A stretch of 61,431 bases of DNA, counting the filler. It is 5 parts of 5 records of this genome, joined end to end, with 100 filler letters (N's around TTAATTAATTAA, not from the genome) between each part and the next. Parts side by side here need not be neighbours in the genome. Positions count along the whole stretch, not along the records: positions 5,546 to 19,845 come from SRR20825010_1372; 4 more parts are not named here. One strand, given 5' to 3'. The notes below the pieces were generated by a model. The model did not search any database. It was not told the DNA's origin and saw only the letters and a list, made by a program, of their open reading frames with translations. A program made the translations under genes and the position numbers. The first letter of the stretch is position 1; each line of letters opens with the position of its first letter. Below, piece after piece: positions 8,756 to 16,882 of this stretch.

Positions 8756-9991
8756 GTGGCCAAACTCTTCAATGCTCGCCTTGCTGTATTCTCGACTTTT
8801 CTTGCGGCCGGTTCAGCGCCTGTTTTTGGCGCCAGTCTGCCCGATGGGGAGAGTCGCGGAACGGTTGAAACGCTGTGCTCTACTTGTCACGCGGTTGATC
8901 GCATTCCTGAAAGCCTGGGGTATAGCCGCAGTGGTTGGCTGGCGTTAATCGAGACCATGATTGACCTGTCCGACAGTCCCGAACGCCGAGATGGCATTGC
9001 GGATTACCTTGCGGAACATTTTCCACCGAACCAGCGCCGTGCCCCAACGCTTGTCGACGGTGATACGCGAGTTGAGTTTCATGAATGGGTCGTGCCGACC
9101 CGTGGCCAACGCTCGCGTGATCCGGTTGAAGCACCTGATGGCTCGATATGGTGGGCGGGTCAATGGGGCAACCTGATCGGTCAGATCGACCCGGCAAGCG
9201 GAGAGATGCGTGAGTATGCGCTTCCTGCAGGGGCAATGCCCCATTCCGTGACGGTGGGTAGTGATGGTGACGTGTGGTTTATGGGCAACAAAAACGGGAC
9301 TGTGGGCCGACTTAGTCCGGCCAGTGGGGATATCAAAGTCTACGATATGCCTGATCCCAACGCTCGTGATCCACATACCGCGGTATTTGATGCCAATGGC
9401 CTGCTCTGGTTTACGCTCCAGCATTCCAATCAGGTTGGCCGGCTTGATCCGCGTAATGGTGATATTCGGTTGAAGTCGATGCCGACGGTAGGTTCACGAC
9501 CTTACGGCATTAAGGTCGACGCGAAAGGCATTCCCTGGGTTGCCTGTAATGGAAGTAACTGTCTGGTGAAAATCGAGCCAGAGACGATGGAGATGACAGA
9601 AATTACGCTGCCCCATGAAGAGACAACCGTGCGCCGGCTGGATATCGCGGATAACGGCATGATCTGGTATGTGAATTCCGGGCGTGGCCGGTTGGGGCGT
9701 TATGACCCGGAGAACGGTGAAATCAAGGAGTGGCCGTCGCCGAGCGGCCCGACTTCTCATCCTTACGCAATCGCGATCGTGGATGGAATTGTCTGGTATA
9801 ACGAGTCGGGCATGCGCCCGGACCCGCTTGTGCGTTTCGACCCTGCCACTGAGACATTTCAGAGCTGGCCGATCCCATCCGGCGAGATATTTTCCGGTAT
9901 TGTGCGCCACATGCGCCCGACACGTGACGGAGATCTGCTGATCCACCAGAGTGCAACGAACCGCATTATTCGGGTCGAGATAGACGACTGA
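8756..9991 (+). CDS. Exported c-type cytochrome fused to a Vgb-lyase-like beta-propeller
   Basis: Signal peptide, CSTCH heme motif, repeated P(H/Y)...DG.(V/I)WF..GR(L/Y)DP..G blades. Confidence 0.8.
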   Translation: MAKLFNARLAVFSTFLAAGSAPVFGASLPDGESRGTVETLCSTCHAVDRIPESLGYSRSGWLALIETMIDLSDSPERRDGIADYLAEHFPPNQRRAPTLVDGDTRVEFHEWVVPTRGQRSRDPVEAPDGSIWWAGQWGNLIGQIDPASGEMREYALPAGAMPHSVTVGSDGDVWFMGNKNGTVGRLSPASGDIKVYDMPDPNARDPHTAVFDANGLLWFTLQHSNQVGRLDPRNGDIRLKSMPTVGSRPYGIKVDAKGIPWVACNGSNCLVKIEPETMEMTEITLPHEETTVRRLDIADNGMIWYVNSGRGRLGRYDPENGEIKEWPSPSGPTSHPYAIAIVDGIVWYNESGMRPDPLVRFDPATETFQSWPIPSGEIFSGIVRHMRPTRDGDLLIHQSATNRIIRVEIDD

Positions 9992-10062
9992 GTTTTGCTG
10001 CTGCGAGGGGAACCCAAAACGTGACGCTCTCGAACTTCAGTCTTGCTACCCGCTTACACGTC

Positions 10063-10093
10063 AAAAAAACGCCCACCTTCTGGTGGGCGTTTT
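10063..10093. terminator. Bidirectional intrinsic terminator
   Basis: AAAAAAACGCCCACC-TTCT-GGTGGGCGTTTT between convergent genes. Confidence 0.85.
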
Positions 10094-10132
10094 GCGTGCA
10101 GCATGATGCCTGAAGCGTGCTGCGTGTCCTAA

Positions 10133-10651
10133 TCAGAACCGGCCGTTCAGGCCCAGCCCCAGGTTGGTCACTTCGTCACCGCTGCGATCCACCAGCCGCA
10201 TGTATTCCAGGTTGATGAACAGGGTTTTGGTGATGGTGAAATCTACACCCAGGCCCAAAGACAGGTCTTTGTAGTTTTCCCCGTCGGAGCCGCCGAACGC
10301 ATTTTTCTCGGTGGTTTCCATGTAGGTGGCACCGATCAGGCCGTAGGGGCGTACGGGCATGGTGTTGGGGAACTGGCCGCGAAAGTAGGCGCCGTAGTAA
10401 CGGTCGATTTCCACGTCCACGTTGTTGCTCAGCTCATCTTCACCGACGCCAAGACCCAGGCGTACTTCGCCACCGAGGGTTTCGTCGCGGTTGATCCAGC
10501 TGCCGAACTTGAATTGCAGGGCTTCGGGTTTGGCACTGGCGGTGGTGTTATCCGGCTCGATGTCGCTGCTGATGAAATCGATACCGGCAAAACCGCCGGC
10601 GTTGGCGAAAAGGGGCATTGCCAAAGCAGCGGCAAACAATACTTTTTTCAT
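10133..10651 (-). CDS. Small outer-membrane beta-barrel protein (OmpA-like/porin family)
   Basis: Signal peptide MKKVLFAAALAMPLFANA, alternating beta strands, C-terminal Phe; GGAG RBS. Confidence 0.85.
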   Translation of the reverse strand: MKKVLFAAALAMPLFANAGGFAGIDFISSDIEPDNTTASAKPEALQFKFGSWINRDETLGGEVRLGLGVGEDELSNNVDVEIDRYYGAYFRGQFPNTMPVRPYGLIGATYMETTEKNAFGGSDGENYKDLSLGLGVDFTITKTLFINLEYMRLVDRSGDEVTNLGLGLNGRF

Positions 10652-10760
10652 GGGTTCTCCCACTGGATGTGAAGTCTCGACGCAGTAATAGAGTGATTGT
10701 AGTGAAAAGTGGGGGCGACGGCGACCGGGGCGTTTGAGGGGATTTTAGGGAAGGGCGGGG

Positions 10761-10797
10761 CGCCTGCAGGGGATGCAAAGTGCATCGCCTGCAGGCG
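10761..10797. repeat. Long hairpin just downstream of the AztD-like gene (mRNA 3' end or REP-like)
   Basis: CGCCTGCAGG-G-GATGCA-AAG-TGCATC-G-CCTGCAGGCG. Confidence 0.6.
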
Positions 10798-10816
10798 GCC
10801 TCCTGTGGTTCAGAGC

Positions 10817-12157
10817 TTAGTGGTCGTGATCATGGTCATCGTCGTCATGATCGTGCTCGTCTTCGTCGCTATGTTCTTCTTCATGGTCGCTATCAAGACC
10901 GGCCCAGGCCAATGCTGCGGGCGGGAAGGTCAGGCTGAGTGGGGATTCCAGGCTGCCTTCTTCAAGATGCACGACAACGATGGCGTTGTTATCGGTATCC
11001 GAAAGAAAGACATGCGCAGGCTCGCCGGCCACGGCCATCTGGGTATTGCCCGGGGCGATGGCATCTTCCACGTGGGCGTGCTCACTCCAGTCAGCGGTGT
11101 CGAAAATACGCAGGTCGCCGGCATCATCCAGCAACACAAGGTGTTCCCCGTGGGGATCCAGGCGGTGGCTTTCCAGTGTTACGGCGGCGCCTTCTGTCCA
11201 GTCCAGTTCCTCGGCGTCACCGTCTTCCGGGTGGATAACCAGGATACGGTCACCGGCATAACCCACAAAGTGGCTCAGTTCGTGATGACTGTCGAAACTG
11301 CCGATACGCTCGCCGGCCCCCAGGCCAAGAGTGGCGTTGGTGACTTTCTCGGCGGTGAAATCCTCTCCGTCCTGATGGACGATCAGGATGCCGTCGCTAC
11401 AGCCGAACACCGAGTAGTCTTCGTTGGAGCCGGCGCCATGAAGGTCCGGGCAAGTCGGCGCGATGGTGTCTTCCTTGTGATAGTGATCGCCATGCTGATG
11501 GTAGACATCAACGGTTTCCGGGAGGCCGGAAGCGGCAGTGCGGAAGGTGGCCAGCAGTACATCGCCGCGGGGCTCGGCCACACCATGGTGGGCACTGGCG
11601 AGGGTCTGGCTGGCTACGGTGGAAGCCGTTTCCAGCGATTCATCAGTGAGCAGTTCCACCTTGGCCATGACGGCGCTGGCGGCATCGCCGTCATAGAACA
11701 GGGCGGCCTGTTCTCCGTGGACCCGGAAGTGGGTGGGCGCCGGGCCGGTGAGGGTGCCCGCAAAGGTGGGGATCACTTCGTCCACATGGTCGTCATGCAG
11801 GTAGAGCCCGCCATCGACGATCTGTACCTGGTTGTCGTCTCGTTGCATGGCCAGGACAAAGCGCTTGCCCGGGCTGGTGTAAAGCGCGCTGGCGTCGTGG
11901 TCCAGGGAGAGGGTGCCGGGTAGCAGGGCGCCGGCCTCCAGGTCATACACATACAGCTGGGTGCCGTCGTCATCGGCGGCAATCACCAGTCGGCCGGGAT
12001 GATCACTCTCGGCATGGTCGTGTTCATCTTCACTGCTGCCCAGCGAGCTGGTGCCGGTTTCGTTACAGCCGGCCATGGCGAGGGCGGCAAGCAGGGACAG
12101 GGGCAGGGCTGCGTTTTGTTTCAGGTTTTTCATCATGCGTTGCATGGTGTTCTCCAT
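10817..12157 (-). CDS. AztD-like zinc-binding beta-propeller lipoprotein with His/Asp-rich tail
   Basis: Lipobox AMAGC; PTHF, AHHGVA, CPDLHG, FGCSDG motifs; C-terminus HEEEHSDEDEHDHDDDDHDHDH. Confidence 0.75.
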   Translation of the reverse strand: MENTMQRMMKNLKQNAALPLSLLAALAMAGCNETGTSSLGSSEDEHDHAESDHPGRLVIAADDDGTQLYVYDLEAGALLPGTLSLDHDASALYTSPGKRFVLAMQRDDNQVQIVDGGLYLHDDHVDEVIPTFAGTLTGPAPTHFRVHGEQAALFYDGDAASAVMAKVELLTDESLETASTVASQTLASAHHGVAEPRGDVLLATFRTAASGLPETVDVYHQHGDHYHKEDTIAPTCPDLHGAGSNEDYSVFGCSDGILIVHQDGEDFTAEKVTNATLGLGAGERIGSFDSHHELSHFVGYAGDRILVIHPEDGDAEELDWTEGAAVTLESHRLDPHGEHLVLLDDAGDLRIFDTADWSEHAHVEDAIAPGNTQMAVAGEPAHVFLSDTDNNAIVVVHLEEGSLESPLSLTFPPAALAWAGLDSDHEEEHSDEDEHDHDDDDHDHDH

Positions 12158-12218
12158 ATTCGTGTTGTTGTGTCCGGCGGAGTAAAGGCGCCGGCACAGA
12201 TGCCGTTAACGTTGCGGC

Positions 12219-14285
12219 TTAAAATTCAATGCGGGTACCCACGGTGACGTTGCGACCTGGCTCCGGCACGGTGCTGGCAAGGAAGGAAGAGTGGTTGAAT
12301 ACTTCTTCTCCTAACAGGTTGTTGCCGCGCACATAGAAGGTGTAGCGCTGGTCGCCACGGAGCCGGTAGCTAAGGGTCGCGTTGACCATGTCGTAGGACG
12401 GGGTGGTGTCCTCAAAGCCAGCGATCTGGTCCTGTGCAAAGCTGCGGTAGAACTCCAGTTCTCCGTCGAAGTTGCCCAAGTAGCTATTGAGACGCGTGCC
12501 TAGCCGTTTGGCGGGGATGCGGGGCAGGTAGCCGCCATCATCGAAGGTCGCGCGCACCGTATCACCAAAGACCGTAATCCCTACCGGGTCGATGCCGTAG
12601 TAGCTTAGCGAGGCTTCGGCACCGGTGAAGGTGGCGTCACGCTGGCTGTACTTGATCAGACGAAAGTCTTCGATCTGGTCGAGGGTACGGGCATAGATGT
12701 AGTTGTTGATGCGGTTTTCGAAGATGCCCAGATCAAACAGCCAGTCGCCCTGGGTCTTGCGCAGGTTCAGGTTGGCGTTGAGGCTGACTTCGTCATCCAG
12801 ATCGCTCTGCCCGCCACCGCAGTCGCTGAGCAGGCCGCACTCGTAAGTGTTGGTCGCCAGATGAACGCCTTCTGCATAGAGCTCCTGGGCGCTGGGTGCG
12901 CGGCCAGAATGACCCACAGACAACACCAACTCATAACCTGGCACAAAGGCCCAGTTGGCCGCGCCGGAGAAAGAGGCATTGTCCGCGGTGACTTTGGCAA
13001 GAGCCTGGCCATTGCGGTCGTCCGGTGTTTGCGTCAGGTGCTCCTGGCGCGCCCCAAGCTCAAAGGACCATTGCTCATTGAGGATGTATTCCTCTACCGC
13101 AAAGACGGCAATGGATTCGGTCTCGGTCTTCGGCACGAAGGCTTCGCCACCCAGTGAGCTGAAGTCGAATTGGGTGTACTGCAGGCCCACAACGCCGCGC
13201 CAGTTACCCAGCGGTTTGTGTTCCACTTCCAGTCGCGCATCGCCGCCCCTGTTGGTGAAGGTGCTGCCGATGGCGCCTTCCTCAATTTCGTGGTGGCGAT
13301 AATCGGTGTGATTGCCACGGAAGCGAATGGCGGTCACCCCGGCGAAGGGCTCGCGGTATTCACCACGGGCATCCACCCGGCGGCTGGCCAGGTCCACATA
13401 GGGGACAACATCGCCATGGTCATGGGTATGTGAAGAGGTGGGGCAGCTCAGGCTGGTGCCGCTGGCCTCGCACTCCTCGAATTCGTGGCTGTGGCCGGGC
13501 AGGCCGTAGTTGTCGCGGCGATAGCTGTAGGCCATGCCGAAGTAGCCCTGATCCCCGATCCAGGAGGCGCCAATGCTGCCATTGTCGCTTTCCGCATAGG
13601 TGCCGGGCACGGTGAGTTCTTCGAAGCCATTCACTTCGTAGTCGTCTGCGTCGCGGCGACTGCCTTCCACCCGAAACACCAGGTTGTCGGTGGCAGAGAC
13701 GGTGAGGCCGGCGGCAGTGGCGTTCTCATCGGCCACGGTATTGGCCCGGGCTGCCACGAAACCCTCCACGTCTTCGCGAGGGCGCTGGGTGGGGATGCGG
13801 CTGTCCAGCACATTCACAACACCACCGCTGGCACCGCTGCCATAGAGCAGGGTGGACGGGCCGCGCAGCACTTCTATCTGGCGCGCCAGCAGGGGGTCCA
13901 CCGTGACCGCGTGATCAGGGGAGATACTGGAGGCATCCAGTACCTGGGAGCCATCATTGAGCACCCCCACTCGTGGGCCGCCCTGACCGCGAATGACGGG
14001 CCGGCTGGCGCCGCCGCCAAAGGTGTCACTGTGGACACCGGGCTGGTCTTTCAGGGTTTCCCCGAGGGTGTTCTGGCCTTTCTGGGTGAGGGTTTGCTGG
14101 TCCATCACCGAATAGGGTGTGCTGGGGCTGTCACTGCCCAGCGGCAGGGCGGACACGTCCACTTGCTTCAGCTCGTGGGCCTGGTCGGCGGCTGCGCTGT
14201 TGTTTTCAGCATCGGCCAATACTGCCGTGGGCACCAGCAGGGCCACGGCGACGCACCCGGTCAGGGTCTGGCGTCGAAATATCAT
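12219..14285 (-). CDS. TonB-dependent receptor, ZnuD-like
   Basis: Plug motifs FGGGASRPVIRG, SPDHAV, IEVLRGPSTLLYG; His/Cys loop GHSHEFEEC..C..HTHDH; DYRHHEIEE; C-terminal PGRN..IEF. Confidence 0.88.
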   Translation of the reverse strand: MIFRRQTLTGCVAVALLVPTAVLADAENNSAAADQAHELKQVDVSALPLGSDSPSTPYSVMDQQTLTQKGQNTLGETLKDQPGVHSDTFGGGASRPVIRGQGGPRVGVLNDGSQVLDASSISPDHAVTVDPLLARQIEVLRGPSTLLYGSGASGGVVNVLDSRIPTQRPREDVEGFVAARANTVADENATAAGLTVSATDNLVFRVEGSRRDADDYEVNGFEELTVPGTYAESDNGSIGASWIGDQGYFGMAYSYRRDNYGLPGHSHEFEECEASGTSLSCPTSSHTHDHGDVVPYVDLASRRVDARGEYREPFAGVTAIRFRGNHTDYRHHEIEEGAIGSTFTNRGGDARLEVEHKPLGNWRGVVGLQYTQFDFSSLGGEAFVPKTETESIAVFAVEEYILNEQWSFELGARQEHLTQTPDDRNGQALAKVTADNASFSGAANWAFVPGYELVLSVGHSGRAPSAQELYAEGVHLATNTYECGLLSDCGGGQSDLDDEVSLNANLNLRKTQGDWLFDLGIFENRINNYIYARTLDQIEDFRLIKYSQRDATFTGAEASLSYYGIDPVGITVFGDTVRATFDDGGYLPRIPAKRLGTRLNSYLGNFDGELEFYRSFAQDQIAGFEDTTPSYDMVNATLSYRLRGDQRYTFYVRGNNLLGEEVFNHSSFLASTVPEPGRNVTVGTRIEF

Positions 14286-14290
14286 AACTA

Positions 14291-14501
14291 CCTCTGTCTC
14301 TAGCGTTCATGCAGGGCATGAATGAGGGCGCGAGTAAAAGGGCGCAGCCGAAAAGAAAGCAGCTGGCCGGACTCGTGCCGGAAACACGTTTGTTGCTGAT
14401 CGCAGGCAGGCGCAGCAGGCCCGGCTCTCATTGAGAGGGGCAAAAGGCGATGCGCCAGTATGATCAGGGATCAGTAACGGGAATCAGGCAGAGACAGGAG
14501 G
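14291..14501 (-). promoter_or_regulatory. Long-range anti-SD/SD pairing between the uORF 3' end and the receptor RBS
   Basis: mRNA CCUCCUGUCUCU (14501-14490, codons P-P-V-S) complements AGAGACAGAGG (14301-14291, the receptor SD region): 11 bp with one bulge. Confidence 0.7.
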
Positions 14502-14804
14502 GCCGCGGGGTGGATAGGGGTTGCGTTCGCTGCGGTGAACCACGGTGGTGGTGAGAGGCAGCGGGGTGGGTTCCACCCGTTGAGTAACGGGGGTGTTGTA
14601 AACGCTGGGCAAGGCCAGCAGGCCGTGCCCATGGGTACATACCTGGCAATCAGCGGAAGCCAGCAGCTCCTTGGTGGGGCTGTGTTGGCCGGCGTCGATG
14701 TGGGCTGGGGCGTGCCATGCCAGCAGCAGCTGGGCACAGAACAGCCCGAGCACCAGAGACAGGGAAAGGCCGCGACGGTATTGGCTCAGCATGGCGGGGA
14801 TCAT
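14484..14804 (-). CDS. DUF2946-like (CruR/CutF-type) upstream regulatory ORF
   Basis: N-terminal hydrophobic segment, His-rich linker, CQVCTHGH, Pro-rich C-terminus YPPRGPPVSA; directly upstream of a TonB receptor. Confidence 0.8.
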   Translation of the reverse strand: MIPAMLSQYRRGLSLSLVLGLFCAQLLLAWHAPAHIDAGQHSPTKELLASADCQVCTHGHGLLALPSVYNTPVTQRVEPTPLPLTTTVVHRSERNPYPPRGPPVSA

Positions 14805-15082
14805 TGTGACGTACCCCCGTTATTGTCACCGCATGGCGATGTGCATTGGTGCGCTTCCGGGTCAGGCTCGGTGCCGGGCACGTAGTCAAAACCACCCGGG
14901 TGCCAGGGATGGCACTTGCACAGTCGCTTCGCTGCCAGTGCGCTGCCGCGCAGGCTGCCATGGGCCACTACCGCCTGCCGGGCATATTCCGAGCAGGTGG
15001 GGTAGAAGCGGCATTGATTGCCTATCCAGGGGCTTAGCGCCTTCTGGTATAGCCAGATGGCGCCAAGCAGAAGCGATTTCAC
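14801..15082 (-). CDS. yidD: YidD-family protein (orphan copy) with a Cys-containing tail
   Basis: GTG start; YQKALSP..CRFYPTCSEY..G.L..KRLCKCHPWHPGGFDYVP; stop overlaps the uORF start (ATGA). Confidence 0.88.
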   Translation of the reverse strand: MKSLLLGAIWLYQKALSPWIGNQCRFYPTCSEYARQAVVAHGSLRGSALAAKRLCKCHPWHPGGFDYVPGTEPDPEAHQCTSPCGDNNGGTSQ

Positions 15083-15202
15083 GAGCGAATTTCTGCCTGT
15101 CGTTAAATGTTGTGAGTTGTAAAAAATCCATGATATAGCCATCGCGTGGGGAGATACCAGCGCTGTTCCATGGTCGTAATACGCACAGTGATAAAAAAAC
15201 GT

Positions 15203-15217
15203 TGTGATTTCATGACA
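15203..15217. promoter_or_regulatory. Possible Zur-type operator
   Basis: TGTGAT-TTC-ATGACA fits TGTnAT-N3-ATnACA; lies in the divergent yidD/START intergenic region. Confidence 0.35.
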
Positions 15218-15258
15218 CTGCAACGGCAATGGAAGCAGCAAGGTAGCAAGGAGAGACC

Positions 15259-15963
15259 ATGAAAAAAGCCACAGGATGGACCCGCCCGGTACGGGTATCA
15301 GCACTGGCCGTTACCCTGATGTTGTCTGCCGGTTCCATGGCAGCAGATTGGGAAACCGTGAACGAAGGCAGCGCCCGCACGGATATCAGCACCTATGAAA
15401 AAGCCATGGAGGACAGCCCGGTAAAAGCTTTTCGGGGTGTCACCGAAGTGCAGGCGCCGGTATTGAGCGTGTTGGCGGTAATGGCCGATGCCAGTGCGTG
15501 CTCCGAATGGTTGTATCAGTGCCAGTCGCTGGAGCTGCGTGATAACGATCAGGCCTACATTCGTTTCAAAGGCATCTGGCCGGCCAAGGACCGCGATGCC
15601 CTGATCAAGACCCGGACCACCCAGAATGAGGAAACCGGTGCCATTACCCTGGCCTCCCACGCGGTGGACGGTGAGCCGGAGCAGGAGGGTTATGTGCGCG
15701 TTGCCGCGCTGGAAGACCAGTTCATCCTGACGCCGCTGGACAATGGCTGGACCCGCATCGAGTTTGAAACTTTTATCGACCCGGGCGGCAATGTGTCATC
15801 GGTGGCGAACGTGATTTCCCACAAGGCGCCCCAGGAAACCCTGCAGGGATTGCGTGAGATGGCCAGCAGTGAAACCTATCAGAATGCCAAGCTGGATAGC
15901 GCCCTGAAACGCTACCCGGAATTGAAAGGCATGGACTTGCCGCAGAGCCATACACCGGAATGA
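15259..15963 (+). CDS. Exported START-domain (lipid-binding) protein
   Basis: Signal peptide; SPVKAFRG, WPAKDRD, DPGG motifs; GGAG RBS. Confidence 0.85.
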   Translation: MKKATGWTRPVRVSALAVTLMLSAGSMAADWETVNEGSARTDISTYEKAMEDSPVKAFRGVTEVQAPVLSVLAVMADASACSEWLYQCQSLELRDNDQAYIRFKGIWPAKDRDALIKTRTTQNEETGAITLASHAVDGEPEQEGYVRVAALEDQFILTPLDNGWTRIEFETFIDPGGNVSSVANVISHKAPQETLQGLREMASSETYQNAKLDSALKRYPELKGMDLPQSHTPE

Positions 15964-16120
15964 ACAAGGCTGTTGGCTCTAATAGGGTTACCAGGGTTAA
16001 TAAAGAGGAGCGCCGGTAATTGGGGCCAATCCCCCGGCCGGCGCTTGTTTCCCCGCCTCCTGGCCGCATACTGCGGCCAGCATGCTGTTTAGCGTATTTT
16101 GACAAGTGAGGAGAAAACTT

Positions 16121-16801
16121 TTGCGAGCACTGTTTGTGGCACTGTTGCTGGCCCCCCTTATGCTGGCGAACCCGGTCTGGGCGGCGAATTGGAAAACCAA
16201 TCATGAAGGCAAGGACAAGGGGGATATCACCACCTATGTGCGCGATGTCTCCAATAGCCCGGTCAAAGCCTTCAAGGGCATTGTCGAGGTGAAGGCGTCA
16301 GCCACCTCGGTACTGGCGGTGATCACCGCCGTGGACACCTTCCCCGAATGGATTTTCCAGAGTCAGGGCGCCAAGCGGTTATCCGTGGAAGACCGTGAAG
16401 AAATTCACATGCGCTTTAATGGTATCTGGCCGGTGTCTGACCGGGACGTGGTGCTGGCCAATACCCTGAGCCAGAACGAAGACACCGGTTCCATTACATT
16501 ACACAGCGTGAACGCCGATGGCGTGTTGGAAAAGCAGGATGGTTTCGTGCGCATCCCCGCGCTGGATAACCAGTTTGTTATTACACCCATGGAAGATGGC
16601 TGGGTGCGGGTGCAGTTTGAAACCTTCGTGGACCCGGGCGGCAGCGTGCCGGTGTGGCTGGCCAATCTGGTGGCGACCAAGGCACCGCTGGAAACCTTGC
16701 AGGGGTTGAAAGTTCAGCTGGAAAAGCCGCGTTTCGCCAATGCTACACGGAAAGATTTGCCGCCACTGCCGGGGATGGACACACTGTCTCTTGAGGACTG
16801 A
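16121..16801 (+). CDS. Exported START-domain protein, tandem paralog
   Basis: GAGGAG then in-frame TTG at 16121; SPVKAFKG, WPVSDRD, DPGGSVPVWLAN. Confidence 0.85.
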   Translation: MRALFVALLLAPLMLANPVWAANWKTNHEGKDKGDITTYVRDVSNSPVKAFKGIVEVKASATSVLAVITAVDTFPEWIFQSQGAKRLSVEDREEIHMRFNGIWPVSDRDVVLANTLSQNEDTGSITLHSVNADGVLEKQDGFVRIPALDNQFVITPMEDGWVRVQFETFVDPGGSVPVWLANLVATKAPLETLQGLKVQLEKPRFANATRKDLPPLPGMDTLSLED

Positions 16802-16882
16802 TTCCCCGGCACGTCTGCCCGGGTGAGTTCATGGAGTCACGCACCCGGGGTATCCGCCCGGGCAAGGAGACGAGGGCGAGCC

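Noticed and set aside
8756-9991. Streptogramin B resistance (vgb) call
   Set aside because: Only fold-level resemblance; the signal peptide and heme motif argue for another function
10709-11923. 404-aa plus-strand ORF
   Set aside because: Antisense shadow of the AztD-like gene; its hydrophobic start is the reverse complement of the His/Asp tail
15083-15304. 74-codon N-terminal extension of yidD in the ORF track
   Set aside because: Overlaps the divergent START gene and promoter region; YidD similarity starts at the GTG at 15082
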